A DNA stretch of 64,000 nt from Lophium mytilinum. Its lineage: Eukaryota. The stretch is from contig MU004183.1 in the NCBI GenBank assembly GCA_010093605.1, forward strand, positions 2,232,001 to 2,296,000, in the 5' to 3' direction. Under the pieces are notes generated by a model that saw only the letters and a list, made by a program, of their open reading frames with translations, was not told where the DNA came from and searched no databases. Below are positions 24,028-35,890 of the stretch, piece by piece. The position numbers and the translations under genes were made by a program. The stretch's first letter is position 1. Each line of letters starts with the position of its first letter.

Positions 24028-24431
24028 ATAGTCACGTGAAGTTTCGGAGACGGCAAAAACATGAGTCTATTTGATGACATTTGGCCCCCACGGTCGAATA
24101 AAATATCTAGCTCATGTAGAGTTTGCTTATAGCAATTACTAAACGAATCAAATGAGTTGGAACGATGAAGTCTGGATGCTAGAGCTTTCCAGTCACAGCG
24201 TCATATATGTACAGACTGAACTCCAAATACTAATTGGTACCTCCAACAGGCCTGAATGCTCTTTTTGAAGTATCTTCGAGCTTCCTTACAACATGCGATC
24301 CACCCCACACGACCTTGTAATAGGACACTCAAAAGCGTTGGACACGGCTCCGATTTGCGCTATCTATCTAGATAGGTCACCTCTCAGCCTTAAGCGCCTG
24401 ATAGCCTTACGATGTCCCAGTTTTCTGGGCT

Positions 24432-25303
24432 CTATGCATGCCTATTCTTCAGCCAATGGATAAGCTTCGCGATCGCAAAGTCATCCAACTTTTCATCGCA
24501 GGAGGGGCTTGCGACGTGCATGAAAGGTCCACTGATATAGCGGAAACCCGTGTCACACCCAGGCGGTCTGTTCGTACTGATCAAGCTCAGTCCTTTGCTG
24601 AAGATCATCGCGCCAATTTTCGCGAACAAAGTATTTCCATTGAAAGCACATTGCAACGGATTGATCCAAGTCGGTTGCGTCGATTCCTGAGGTGCACGAT
24701 CCGCTTTCTAGGTGGATCACCATGGCTTGAGAAAGACATCGTTAGCAACAGTGTCGTAACGGTGAATGTAGAAATTACCTGGTATAGTGGCAAACATCCG
24801 CATGCAGCCCTGAGGAACCAATTAGCAAGACGTACGTGACTAGGCCTATATACCTACCCAACACTCCAAAGTGAGCGGCAGGTGAACAAGCTCATGCTAA
24901 TCCGCGTTAGTTTTCCGGACTGTGCACACAATGGCTTAACATCACTGGGTCCTCCTAACATGCTCGAGGTTGCTATAGCTGTTGTGATGTCTATCGCATC
25001 TATCACAAACGTATTCGTCCGCCAGATGCTGATTGAATTAGTGCGGCAATATGCCCTTCTGGCAGCCTTCACACACAATGCGACATTCTTCTTATCTCCA
25101 GTGATCTAAAAGATCCTCTCGGCCATCTGCATCATAGCTGCAACCGCCGGTCTGGCAGAAGTGGTGCCTTGGTGAGTTCTGCTTGTGTTGCTGCGCGGCG
25201 CTCTCAATTTCGATCTCTCTGTCGCATCGAGTGCAAGTATACCTGAAAACCCTAATTAGAAATCACGGTTGAAGAAAAGTCATACTTAGCACTTATCCGT
25301 CAT
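24432..25303 (-). pseudogene. C2H2 zinc-finger pseudogene (paralog C of the local family)
   Basis: Manual translation gives YTCTRCDREIEIESAAQQHKQNSPRHHFC..LLDHWR*EECRIVCEGC..PH*FNQHL..VCDRCDRHH / HELVHLPLTLECW / GCMRMFATIP / AMVIHLESGSCTSGI..FQWKYF.., then a frameshift near 24560 into PGCDTGFRYISGPFMHVASPSC..LIHWL. Stops at 25092-25094 and 25038-25040. Confidence 0.85.
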
Positions 25304-26514
25304 AGTGGCACCATGTGATGGGATTATAATAAGCACCCATAGCGAAGATCGAATCGCAGTCAGGATTGACGGGTGCGCGTCGCGTCGTTCAGGGGCGATG
25401 TCAAAGTCAGCAAGAGATCCCCTAATCTAGGGCACGTGCTATCGTCTACAATTTCTTGACGCGTGAGTTTAACTGCCCTAAATCCGATGGGGAGAAGAGC
25501 GCACACAAACGATATTACCATATAGGATGGAAGTAATGGCGCTGTAGAGGAATTGAGGAATGGGTTTCCCCACTCAAACAAAAGTAACGGTTTCCGTCAC
25601 CCTCGGCAAGATACAACTAGTCTGCCACTAAAGGCGGGTGTTCATCTTTAGTAGAAGAAGCTCTGGACCTATCTTTCAAACAAGTACTTTTTCGCTCAAT
25701 GCGTCGCCTAGAATAGAGACCACGTTCCTTTTCGAGGGGCTAGATCATGGAGCAAATAGCCCGAGAGCGCTTGCTCCGTTTCTTTCACCACGGTTTGTCT
25801 TGAACCTTGCTGCTCGGAGCTTGTTGCGTCTTATTGTTTTAAAAACTTGAATCCCAACAGTGGATTTAGATAGGTGACAGGTAAGACAACACGCCATGGC
25901 TCCGGTCTGGCTATACCTACCTGTCTCCTGCTGAGGCCGCCTAGCGAGAATGCCCTCGATTGAAAACATTATCGATATCTTCCTGGTATGCACAATGTAT
26001 CGAAACACACTGGTAAAGACGGAAAACCAGCGTCCAATGATCTATCATAGTTAAGAATATGGGCCGAGATCCGTGATATGGGTGGATTTGAGATTTGCCA
26101 TCCCTTAAGATGTTGATAGCAAGTATAATCTAGTCTGGATACGGCTAGTCCGCAGATCACTCTACGCTGTTCCCATAGAGGGCATCGCTGCGTAACAGAA
26201 CCTTCCAACCCATATCTTTCTGCGGTGAACTACTCATACTCGCTCCTAAGTTCTTACCGCGGAGTTATATGATACACGAAACAGTGCTTGACCTTTAACC
26301 ACATTGAGAAACCTTACAGAAGCAGAGAAATCTCACCACCAAATCACGTCTTTACATTGGTCAGGCGTACCGCCCAAATTGCCAGTCTAGGCAATTCACC
26401 ACCTCCCCATCTCATGCGCTGATTAATTGGATTTGTAAGCGCTGAGCTCATGAGAATGCTGCCATATATAAAGGTATGATACCTGAATAAGGCTTGTCCA
26501 TTCTAGATCCCGAG

Positions 26515-27753
26515 ATGGCACCATCCCCCAAGATCCGCGTCGCCCTCATAGGCCTCAACGCGCCCTACACTAGTGCCCCAACGGGCACGAACTGGACGGC
26601 AATTGCTCATCTGCCATATCTCCGAGAGTCCTCGAAGTATGAGCTGGTCGCTCTACAAAATAGCTCAGCTGAGCGAGCTGCGAAATCAATAAATGCGCAT
26701 GGTCTGGATCCCCGGAAAGTGAAAGCTTACGGGACCCCTGAGGGTACACGACTCTCATCCCTTCTTCTCGTTGCAAATAAGCCACTAAGATCATAAGTAG
26801 AGGTCGCCAACGACCCAAACATCGACCTGGTCGTAAGCAGCATCCGCGTCGACCGCCACGCCGGCTCCCTCATCCCTAGCATCAAAGCCGGCAAAGACGT
26901 CTACGTGGAGTGGCCAGTCGAAGCAAACTACTCCATAGCCAAAGAACTAACCGGCTTGGCCAAATCGCACAACGTCAGGAACGTAGTAGGTCTCCAGGGC
27001 CGCTTCTCTCCCATAGCCACGACGATCAAGGCTCTGATCGACCGCGGCGAGCTCGGGCGGGTGACTAGCAGCACCATCATCACCACTCTCAACTACACCG
27101 GCCCCACCATCCTAAGCTCCATCGACTACTTCACAGATATCAAGACCGGAGGGAACCCATTCACCATCGACTTCGGGCACGTGCTAGAGTGTGTCAAGGA
27201 AGTGCTAGGGGAGATATCAACCCACCACTCCCTCCTGATCAACCAGTACCCAGAAGTCGACGTCGTGGACCCCGCTACTCGAGAAGTGGTTGAGAAAGGC
27301 CGCAAGAACACCGTCCCAAACCAGGTCGTCTTCGACGCGGTCCTGAAGTCCGGCGCTGTGCTGACGTACAAGCAACACGACGCTGCTGGTGTGCCGCCTG
27401 GCGCGACGCCGCGGAAGGATAAGGGCCGGTTGCCTGTGTTCGACTGGCGCATCTTTGGCTCCAAGGCGGAGGTCCGCGTAACGAGCTACGACTCGATCTT
27501 TCCGAATATCGGCAGCGGAGGCTTCAAGATTGAGATTTGCAAAGCGGAGGACGGGGCGGTGGTGGAGGTGGAGCTTGGGGCGGATGAGTTTGGGCATCTG
27601 CCGGAGCCGGCGAGGAATATTGCGAGGCTTTATGAGGCGTTTGCTGCTGGGCTGGGAGAGCGGAATGAGAAGAGGAAGTGGTACCCGGACTTTGAGTATG
27701 CGCTGAAGACGCACGAGTTGATTGAGGGCATGTATAAAGAGAATGGGTTTTGA
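26515..27753 (+). CDS. Gfo/Idh/MocA family oxidoreductase (Gal80-like)
   Basis: KIRVALIGL..WTAIAHLPYL, DPNIDLVV..SIRVDRH, AGKDVYVEWP, VVGLQGRFSP, IDFGH, PDFEYALKTH. Intron about 26744-26799. Confidence 0.9.
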
Positions 27754-27907
27754 TTGGCATGTAGTAGGGTACAATTAGGCATTCATGAACTCGTTTGACT
27801 CTCCGAAAGTCACCTAGCTAGGCTACCTCAAACGGTATCATCACGCCGTCAGAACGACACCGAGAAAGCCCCATTATAGATCAGCTCTCCAAACCGTATC
27901 CAATTCC

Positions 27908-28724
27908 TCACGCCGACCAGTGGCGTTGATAAAGTGAAAGCCACAAAACGAGCATTTTGATCGGAAATGAGAGTAGGTTTTCTTCGCAATTGGCCTTTGT
28001 GGGATTCGCAACGTGCTGGATCAGAGCGCTCAAGTAGCGGAACCTCATATCGCAGCAAGGGCATTTGAAGGGCAACGGTGTTTCCCGGTAGCGGCGTAGA
28101 CTGCGTCGACCATGAAGTATATTTCGCCATCTGGACGAGATAAAGTAGTGCCACTGTGGGCTCGCCGCCGCAGCTTCGTTCAGGTCTACCACGGTGATAT
28201 CGGAGTCGCAGTTTCCGCCCTCGAGATGAAGTATCATTGCTGGAAGGCTCTTGAAGATTCGAGGGCATCCCCAGCACGTGATGTTGGTATATACGTGGGT
28301 ATTTGCGTGCTACATTGACGTTAGAACATCAACTCCCTGTCGTAGTAAAGCGCCAGGACGTTAATATCGGGAGCTTTTACTTACTTGATTGAGGTCAGCC
28401 TGATTCTCGCAATGCTCCTGGCAGATCAGACAGGCATAGTGTTTTTGGAGGTGATGGGCCATCGTGCCAGGAGGGACGCCCGACTCGCATTGTTCACAGA
28501 CTTCATAACAGCCCTCGTCCCTCCAATGATCGAGCAGCTCATTGAAATCGTATGCGTCGTAGTTGCAGTTGTCGCAAAGGTGATGGTGACTTGACGTAAC
28601 AAGATGCTGCTTAATCGCATGCCGGTTTACGAATTGGCGACGGCAGCGCCTGCAGAAGTTGCTATCAGATAGGTCAGCGGGGCTTACATTGAGTAGATGC
28701 TTCGAGCGCTCACCCGTTAGACAT
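27908..28724 (-). CDS. Multi-C2H2 zinc-finger protein (paralog A)
   Basis: MSNG-NFCRRCRRQFVNRHAIKQHLVTSSHH... / HANTH..TCWGCPRIFKSLPAMILHLEGGNC...PFKCPCCDMRFRYLSALIQHV. Introns 28713-28662 and about 28384-28310. Confidence 0.85.
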
Positions 28725-29957
28725 GGCTCGGTCACAGGCCCATCAGGTCAGGGTTCTGACTGCAAAGAGGCAAGATAAGAGGGAGAGATTGGCAGTCGCA
28801 GCGACGGGCGCCGCTGTGAAGAGCCTTCGCGATGGAGGTGAGTTGAGGAGACGAGTCTGGATTTGGGGAAGCTGAGTGGAAGAGGTGAGCTCAGTCGAGG
28901 TGGGCGACCGAAGGAGGTGAGGTGGAAGTAGACTCGGAGATGAGACGGCCGTGTCAAGCGATAGGAAACGCGACAGCCGCGATTGACTGGAAGCCATAGA
29001 CCACTACAGTTTGTAGTGCCTTAGCGTAGATTTTGATGTCAGAACTCACCTCAACGGAAAGGCTGTCATCCTTCCAAATCACTAGGCGCTGTCGTCTCTT
29101 CTGAAAAGGAACAAGAAGTGATTGATAGAACAAGACCTTTTTATCTTCACATACCTACATTTCTGGGCCATAGGTTTAGGCACACAGATTTGTGTCTGCT
29201 TGGCTTAAATGCTGCCCATTCGACACCAATGTAGGGGGTGGTCTGCCTGCTGGGTAGTGACTTGGGCAAGAGGTAGTCTGATTTGCGCTGCTTGAACCTC
29301 GACATCGCCTTTGGAGTTTCGAAATCCTGTTGGAGACTCCAAACAGTGGCGAACCAGTGTGCACAGACTGTAATACCTTATTGGGCCACCTCAGGCGGTG
29401 GTAGCTAGAACAGCAAAATGTAGACAGACTTTTGTCACGGCGCTGAGATGACAGGAAGCAAAAGATGATCGATGGAGAACCCTCTACCAACTTTCCCTCG
29501 TGCCAAAGTCATCCTCTTTACATGGAAATTTGGATGCCGTAAGCACAATTCCTGAAAGCCGTGGCAACCATAGGCCTGGTGACAGAAAGGTTAGCGATGT
29601 CAATCCGTTCGGTTGGCGCTCTTACTCAGAGTGGGAGGAGACAACTGAGCAAACCTAGCGGGTAACTCAGTTGAAGGCTACCAAAGTAACACGAGATATA
29701 TACCCTCACTCAATGCGTCACTCTAAAGTATTTCACTGGGGAACTGATTCTGGGGAAACGCTAAGAACTCTTCATTGCAGATCCCTTTCACTAGCGGAAG
29801 GCAATGTTTGGGGTGCCTCCGGTAAGGATAGTATTCAGCCAAGATGAAAGACTCACATGTATTGCAATCCCTTTTTTAGATCGACCAAAGCAACTCGAAC
29901 AATGAAATGAGCGTGTTTAAAAGCAGCGAAGGCCTCGAGTGTTATTCAGATCTATTG

Positions 29958-31175
29958 TTATGTTTCGCGGCTGTCTTTTTGACACTGCTTCAATCGAGTT
30001 ACCAGCCAATGCGACAGCCTTTCCAGTGGTCCTTCCGATACTCCCTGGCTACAGGAGCCATTCGCACAATGTTGAAACAGCGCGCTGAGGCTGCCGAATG
30101 TGGTGTCGCAACCGTCGCAGTAGAATGGTCGGTCTCCTGGAGCAACGGGGACGCGATTTCGAAGACGTCTCACCCAGTCTTTCTCAATGAAGTTACGCCA
30201 CTGGAACACCTCAGCGGCCCACCCATTCAGCTCTTCTTTGTTGGTAGCGGACGGACAAGCTCCGGATTCCAGATGTATGATGATTCCCGGAACAGTGCTG
30301 AACAGCCGCTCGCAACCCCAGCATTTCTCGTCAACGGGCAAGTGGGTAAGAAGATGCTGAGAATCACGTGTTAGTTTCAGATACGGACATTCCCCTGGCA
30401 ATAGAAACTACGTACCTGTTGGAGATTGGTTTCGTTCATATGCCGATCTAAGCAATAGGGACACACAAAATCCGGTGCATCCCGGTCTTCGAGGACACTT
30501 TGTGCCAGAAGTTTGCTTATTTCCGCAAGATCCTCATCAACATTTGTAGGCTTACAGGACCGGACGTGCTTGAGCAAGAGCTTTCGCGAGCTATGGTGAT
30601 CGTGGCAATGGAAGCAAGCGTGATGCTTGCGACAATGTTTCTTCCATTGCGCTTTTGGAACGAAATCACCGCATCCATCGCAGCATATCCGGCACCCACG
30701 CAAACTCCAATGCTCTATGAGGTCGTCCAAGTCCGCAAAAGCCTCGTTACACTCTGAACATTCATGACTCCCGTCGTTCGACTCCCAATTAACGTCGTCA
30801 TCCGACTCGGAATCCGAGCACTTATGAGCCTGCAATTCTTGCTCTGTAAACGCTGCACTACACCTGGTACAGGAGTATATATTCGTGAAATCCTCGGACC
30901 CTTTACGAGGAGCGGGGTCGGCTTGTTCGTTGGCATCGTGATTGTATGTAGATAGAGGTGGGATCTGATGTCGCGGGGAGTTCTCTAAATGCTGTCTCAG
31001 GTGAGAAGCATGACGGAAGTCTCTTCGGCATTCGTGGCACCGCTGAATACTGTTGCGCCTGATGAGAGCGAGTCGTTAGCGATCTGGCTATTGAACTTGG
31101 ACACGAATAAGCCTACGGAGCTTGAGATTGATGATCTCGCGGGACGACGACACCGTTCATATTATACGACTTCAT
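29958..31175 (-). CDS. Multi-C2H2 zinc-finger protein (paralog B)
   Basis: MKSYNMNG..AP-RNSIQRCHECRRDFRHASHLRQHLENSPRH...CSECNEAFADLDDLIEHW... / HLLTH..KCWGCERLFSTVPGIIIHLESGAC...PFYCDGCDTTFGSLSALFQH. Introns about 31116-31059 and 30416-30357. Start codon uncertain. Confidence 0.85.
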
Positions 31176-32349
31176 TGACCACAGGAGAGCTCGACGGGGG
31201 CCCCCAGAAGATTTTAGATTATTAGGTAGTACATTGCACTGAGCTATGAAGAACAGCTGTCGGATAACGAGAGGTCGTAAGGATAAGGGAACGGGCCTTT
31301 GAAACGCATGGGACAAGGCCCCCCGACTTGTCCTATTGGGGTTAGTGGCCTATTCTCATTCATCAACCACATTAGCTTGTATTCTAGACGTCTATTTAAG
31401 TTGTGTCTTCATTCTTGTTAATGTGGAGCACAGTAGTGCTGCTGCTTACGTCCTCCTATGCTATACTGTTGCGATTGATGAATGTGATTGGCAGAAGCAT
31501 CGTTGACCACACCATCGGGACGATTGGCGACCACGGGTCAGGCCCCTGGGCCTTAATCAGGACGTGTATGGTGCTGGTAAAGATTGGTAGTGTTGAAGTT
31601 CGACGTCTAGTAATCTAGAGACTGTGGACATTCGCAATCTAATCTACACGTTTAACAGCTATATTCGGTTTCCGCATTGAAAGTTCTTGGATGTTTTGAT
31701 TCCCACTGTCTACGGCCTCTGGTATCTCGTGGTTATCGTTGGAAGTGGTGATGGGGTCACAATGGCTTTTGATCCTTGAGAAAGACTGCGTTGAACCAAT
31801 GCCCTCGATCTAATGGAGCTCCTGTCCTGTATTTCCTAGAAAGCCACCTGCACACTAACCGCAGGATGCGTCTAGGGGGTGTATGGTAAGCGTACCCTTG
31901 TAGTACAACGTTGTCTATCTTAGAAAGGGTGGAAGCAGCAACCTATGACTTACGTGACTCACTTGCTTATGTGATTTGCTTGTTGGGTTTGATCGGTAAC
32001 GTAATCTTCCACACGCTCGCATAATCGGCAATAGAGCAACGGAGGTAAATAAACTCCTTGACATTATTTGCTTTCTATCTAGGCACGGACTTAAAAGCCA
32101 ATATATTTTGTTATCAACTTGACCTAAGCTCCGGGCTATTTCCGTTCTATGCCTTAAACACATGCCGGATACCCAGGCGTCATTCAAGGATAAATGTCCG
32201 CCATGCCCCACTGCGGGGTGGAAGCTCGTTGGCATAAATACCAGCAGCATTCCTAGGGCTCAAGATCAGGCACATTTAAATTCCTTTTACAGATTAGAAC
32301 ATATTTCGCAACGTCTTAGCATCTCATCACTCTCAAAGATCAAAGCAGA

Positions 32350-33512
32350 ATGACTCGGGTATTGCTCACTGGTGGAAGCGGTTTCATTGCTGCCCACACG
32401 CTTGACTTGCTACTGAAGAATGGGTAAGAGCAAATCACAAGCCAGTATTCTTCAATCCACTAATAGCACAGTCATTCCGTCGTCACTACAGTACGGAGCC
32501 AGGACAAAATCGACAGGATCAAGAAGATATACCCAGACGTAGGAAAAGACAAGTTAGACTTCGTCATAGTCCCCGACATCGCAGTTGAAGGCGCATTCAA
32601 CGAAGCTGTCGTATCAACACCTCCATTCGAAGCAGTCCTCCACACAGCCAGCCCATTCCACTTCAACGTCACCGACATTCAGAAGGTATGTCCACCATAA
32701 ATAAAGTCGCAAGCGCAAGCTGACGAGTTAAAGCAACTCATTGATCCTGCGGTCATCGGTACGACGGGAATCCTACGCGCAATAAAAAAGAATGCTCCCA
32801 CAATTAAGCATGTCGTCATCACCTCCTCTTTCGCAGCTATAGTCAACCCTGAGAAGATGGCATGGCCGGGACACACTTACTCCGAGGCTGATTGGAACCC
32901 AATGACCCTGGAGGATATTAAGGGCAGCGTCCCTTTGGGATACCGAGCAAGCAAGACGTTCGCAGAGAAGGCGGCTTGGAAATACGTCGAGGACGAGAAG
33001 CCGGGCTTCACTCTGTCGACCGTGAACCCCCCGATGGTGTTTGGACCAATTGTATGGTCTTCTGCATATCCCCGTATTATGGTCGCTGACTTCTCTAGAT
33101 CAATCATCTCCAGGACCTTGACAATTTAAACACCTCCAACCAACGCATACGAGACGCCGCGCTTGGCAAATTCAAGGACGAGATCCCAGACAGCGGCGTT
33201 ACGCTGTGGGTTGATGTTCGAAACGTTGCTCAAGCTCACGTGGCGGCGTTTGAAAAACCGGAGGCTGCTGGCAAGCGTTTCTTCACTACCCAGGGCACCT
33301 ACAACAACAAGCAGATCTGTCAGATCATAAAGAAGAATTTCCCGCAGTACAAGGACCTCCCCACAGACAGCACACCGGGCGGGGATTATGGTGAAGCCGG
33401 GCCATTTACTGCGGATAACTCGAGGTCGGTCGAGGTGCTGGGTCTGAAATACATCCCGTTGGAGCAGTCAATTGTGGACTGTGTCAAGTCGTTGCAGTCG
33501 GTTGGCCTATAG
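32350..33512 (+). CDS. NADPH-dependent aldehyde/methylglyoxal reductase, GRE2-like extended SDR
   Basis: MTRVLLTGGSGFIAAH, VLHTASPFHF, DPAVIGT, VVITSSFAAI, YRASKTFAEKAAW, VNPPMVFGP, WVDVRNVAQAHV. Three introns. Confidence 0.92.
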
Positions 33513-34440
33513 AGTACATCGGAGACAAGGAGGTCTATTCAGAAGTGCGGAGGTGTTATTCGTAGACTTTGTGGCCTAGAGTTAGATGGTAAATTAAATT
33601 GCAACGACAAGAGTGATCCGTCCGCCCTCAGCACGTTCACAATCAATCAATGTGAGAAGTAGTGAAGACTATGACACCAAGAATGGACTGCTCGTCTGGA
33701 GGTGTGACTCTGGCAAACTTTTGGAGTAAGAAATGGTATTTGCGCGAGCAACAATCTATGAGTCCGGCGTGGCCTTTTATGTCTCGGTGCGCTGTTCTTG
33801 CGTTTTACATATACCTCCACCTAATAGCTTCGAAAGGAACTGCTCTTTCAATAGGTATTTCTGAGGTATCGTTCGTTTCGCAGGTGGGAGAGGTCTAGGA
33901 ACGATATATATTCTAAAATTGACGAGTTAGTTACACATCAGACAAGGTAAGATGCATGCATTCGAGTAACAGAGTTGGTATCAGACTGTTGAGCTTGTTG
34001 TTTTTGATCGTCATCGATGATCTAGGACAAATAGAAGAAGAAGGAAATCATCATATGATTGAGACAGGTAAGACAAGAGAAGAATGACTGACCTTTGGTA
34101 GTGACGCTGTGTGCTGAGTGTTAGTGCAGCCGGACGAAGCTCGATCCACTCCATGTTCATAGAGGTTCTAGGTGGTTCCCTTCGAAGAAAATGAATCGGT
34201 GCTGATGTTGAGGAGAGGGAGAGAAGCCGACACGAAAATTGAAATCTGCCTACAAATGCCAAGCACTCGGAGAAACCTAGCGGCATCTTCAAACCAACCC
34301 CCACCAGGCCGCAGGAGAAGCTCCAACACCACTCTGCGTCTGCCACATCTGCCTGCGCCTGTGTTTATAACCCGCTCCTCTCCTCTCACCAGTGCCATCC
34401 ACCACCTCTTTCTCCAAACCTCAAACCCTCGACACTCGTC

Positions 34441-35165
34441 ATGGCTGGAGCAGGTATGTTTACGCCGCATTCGCGCTCTGGACGACCCCTCATCGCGCAA
34501 TAGCTAACCCAATATATAGTCGACTTCACGAGCATTGCTCGTAAGTAGTCTCCCTATTTGTCTCGACATGCACGCCTCCTCTTCGCCGGATCTGATTTCG
34601 TGGTTCCATTATTTCGCGCGGAGTCTGACCTCCAGTTCCAGAGCAGTTCGTCAAGTTCTACTACGAGCAGTTCGATACCAACCGAGGAAATCTTGGGGCT
34701 CTCTATGTACGTTCCTCAAAATACGTATGGCCTCGCTCACACATATACTGATCAGTGTTTGACAGCGACCCCACTCCATGCTCACCTTCGAGGCGAACCC
34801 AAGCCAAGGCGTGGACGCGATCCTCGAGAAACTCCAGGTACAAACCCTTCTTGCGACTGGGCCAACGCACGTCGCATGCTCTAACATGGATGACAGAGCC
34901 TGCCATTCACATCAGTTCAACATCGCACCGATACTCTAGATGCGCAACCCTCCAGCGAGGATGGGGGTATCCTGGTCCTGGTCACAGGCGCATTGCTGGT
35001 ACGCACCTACATAACAGTCAATTTCAGCACGCGGTAGCTAACGCCAACCAGGTCGAAGGATCAGAACGGCCAATGAGCTTCACGCAAACTTTCCAGCTCC
35101 GCCCTGACGCCGGCACTTTCTACGTCTTCAACGACGTCTTCAGACTGGTCTACCCGGCCGCTTAA
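34441..35165 (+). CDS. NTF2: Nuclear transport factor 2
   Basis: Six short exons give [99 protein letters not shown]. Confidence 0.95.
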
Positions 35166-35890
35166 AAAAACCAAATTTCATAGCGACAATAAGCCATGGG
35201 CATAAGCGTACGAGAGCGTTGGCGGGTAGGGAAATGGGTGCGGCTGGAGTGATTTTGGGCGGGAGGGGTGCATAGGCGTGCATGAAGCCGGGATTTCTTC
35301 AGCTTTGGTGGCTTGAAGGAGAGGTTGTCGGATGGGACTCTTTTTAGTGGTAGGGTTCCTTTGAAGCGCCACCACAGGACAATTACTCAGGTTCAAACCA
35401 AACATATTTCGCCCCTCGGTTTGAGGTGAACAAATATTGTGCAGAACAACATTTGGAAGTCAGGGTAAAAGTCAGACCTGTATAATTCCACTACTATAAT
35501 AGCCTACCTCAAGCGAAGCAGCCCTGCGATAATCGTCTACTCTCCAGCCCCTATCAACTTCAAGCTCGATTCCCAGGCCCTAGATATCATGATAGTGATT
35601 TCCGACGCGAACCGCATTCATCTCGACAACCGCCCTAGAATCCAAAATCGCTCAGATACATGCAATGAGCCGCCTTGCTGCATCTAAACTTTGGATACTA
35701 CTAAATTTGAAATAATTTCAGACTGGTAAAATTTACCACATTCGAAATGGACGCGATCAGCTATGCTTAGGAGAACATGTTCATTAGCACCGTGAGATCG
35801 AAACCAACGCGTCTAGCTTCTGTAAAACGCCTACACCAACACAAAATCTAGGTATCCAACTCGATCATACCACCTCTCTCCAACCTCGCT

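Noticed and set aside
24854..25078. ORF MCVKAARRAYCRTNSISIWRTNTF, first read as an independent domain
   Set aside because: It is an alternative frame of the zinc-finger pseudogene exon.
28743..28997. 84-aa ATG ORF upstream of zinc-finger paralog A
   Set aside because: Pyrimidine-rich, 5'-UTR or promoter-like sequence. Paralog A has its own ATG and intron at 28724. It could be a uORF, but there is no evidence.
29400..29850. Partly open plus-strand frames between paralogs A and B
   Set aside because: No motifs and no zinc-finger similarity on either strand.
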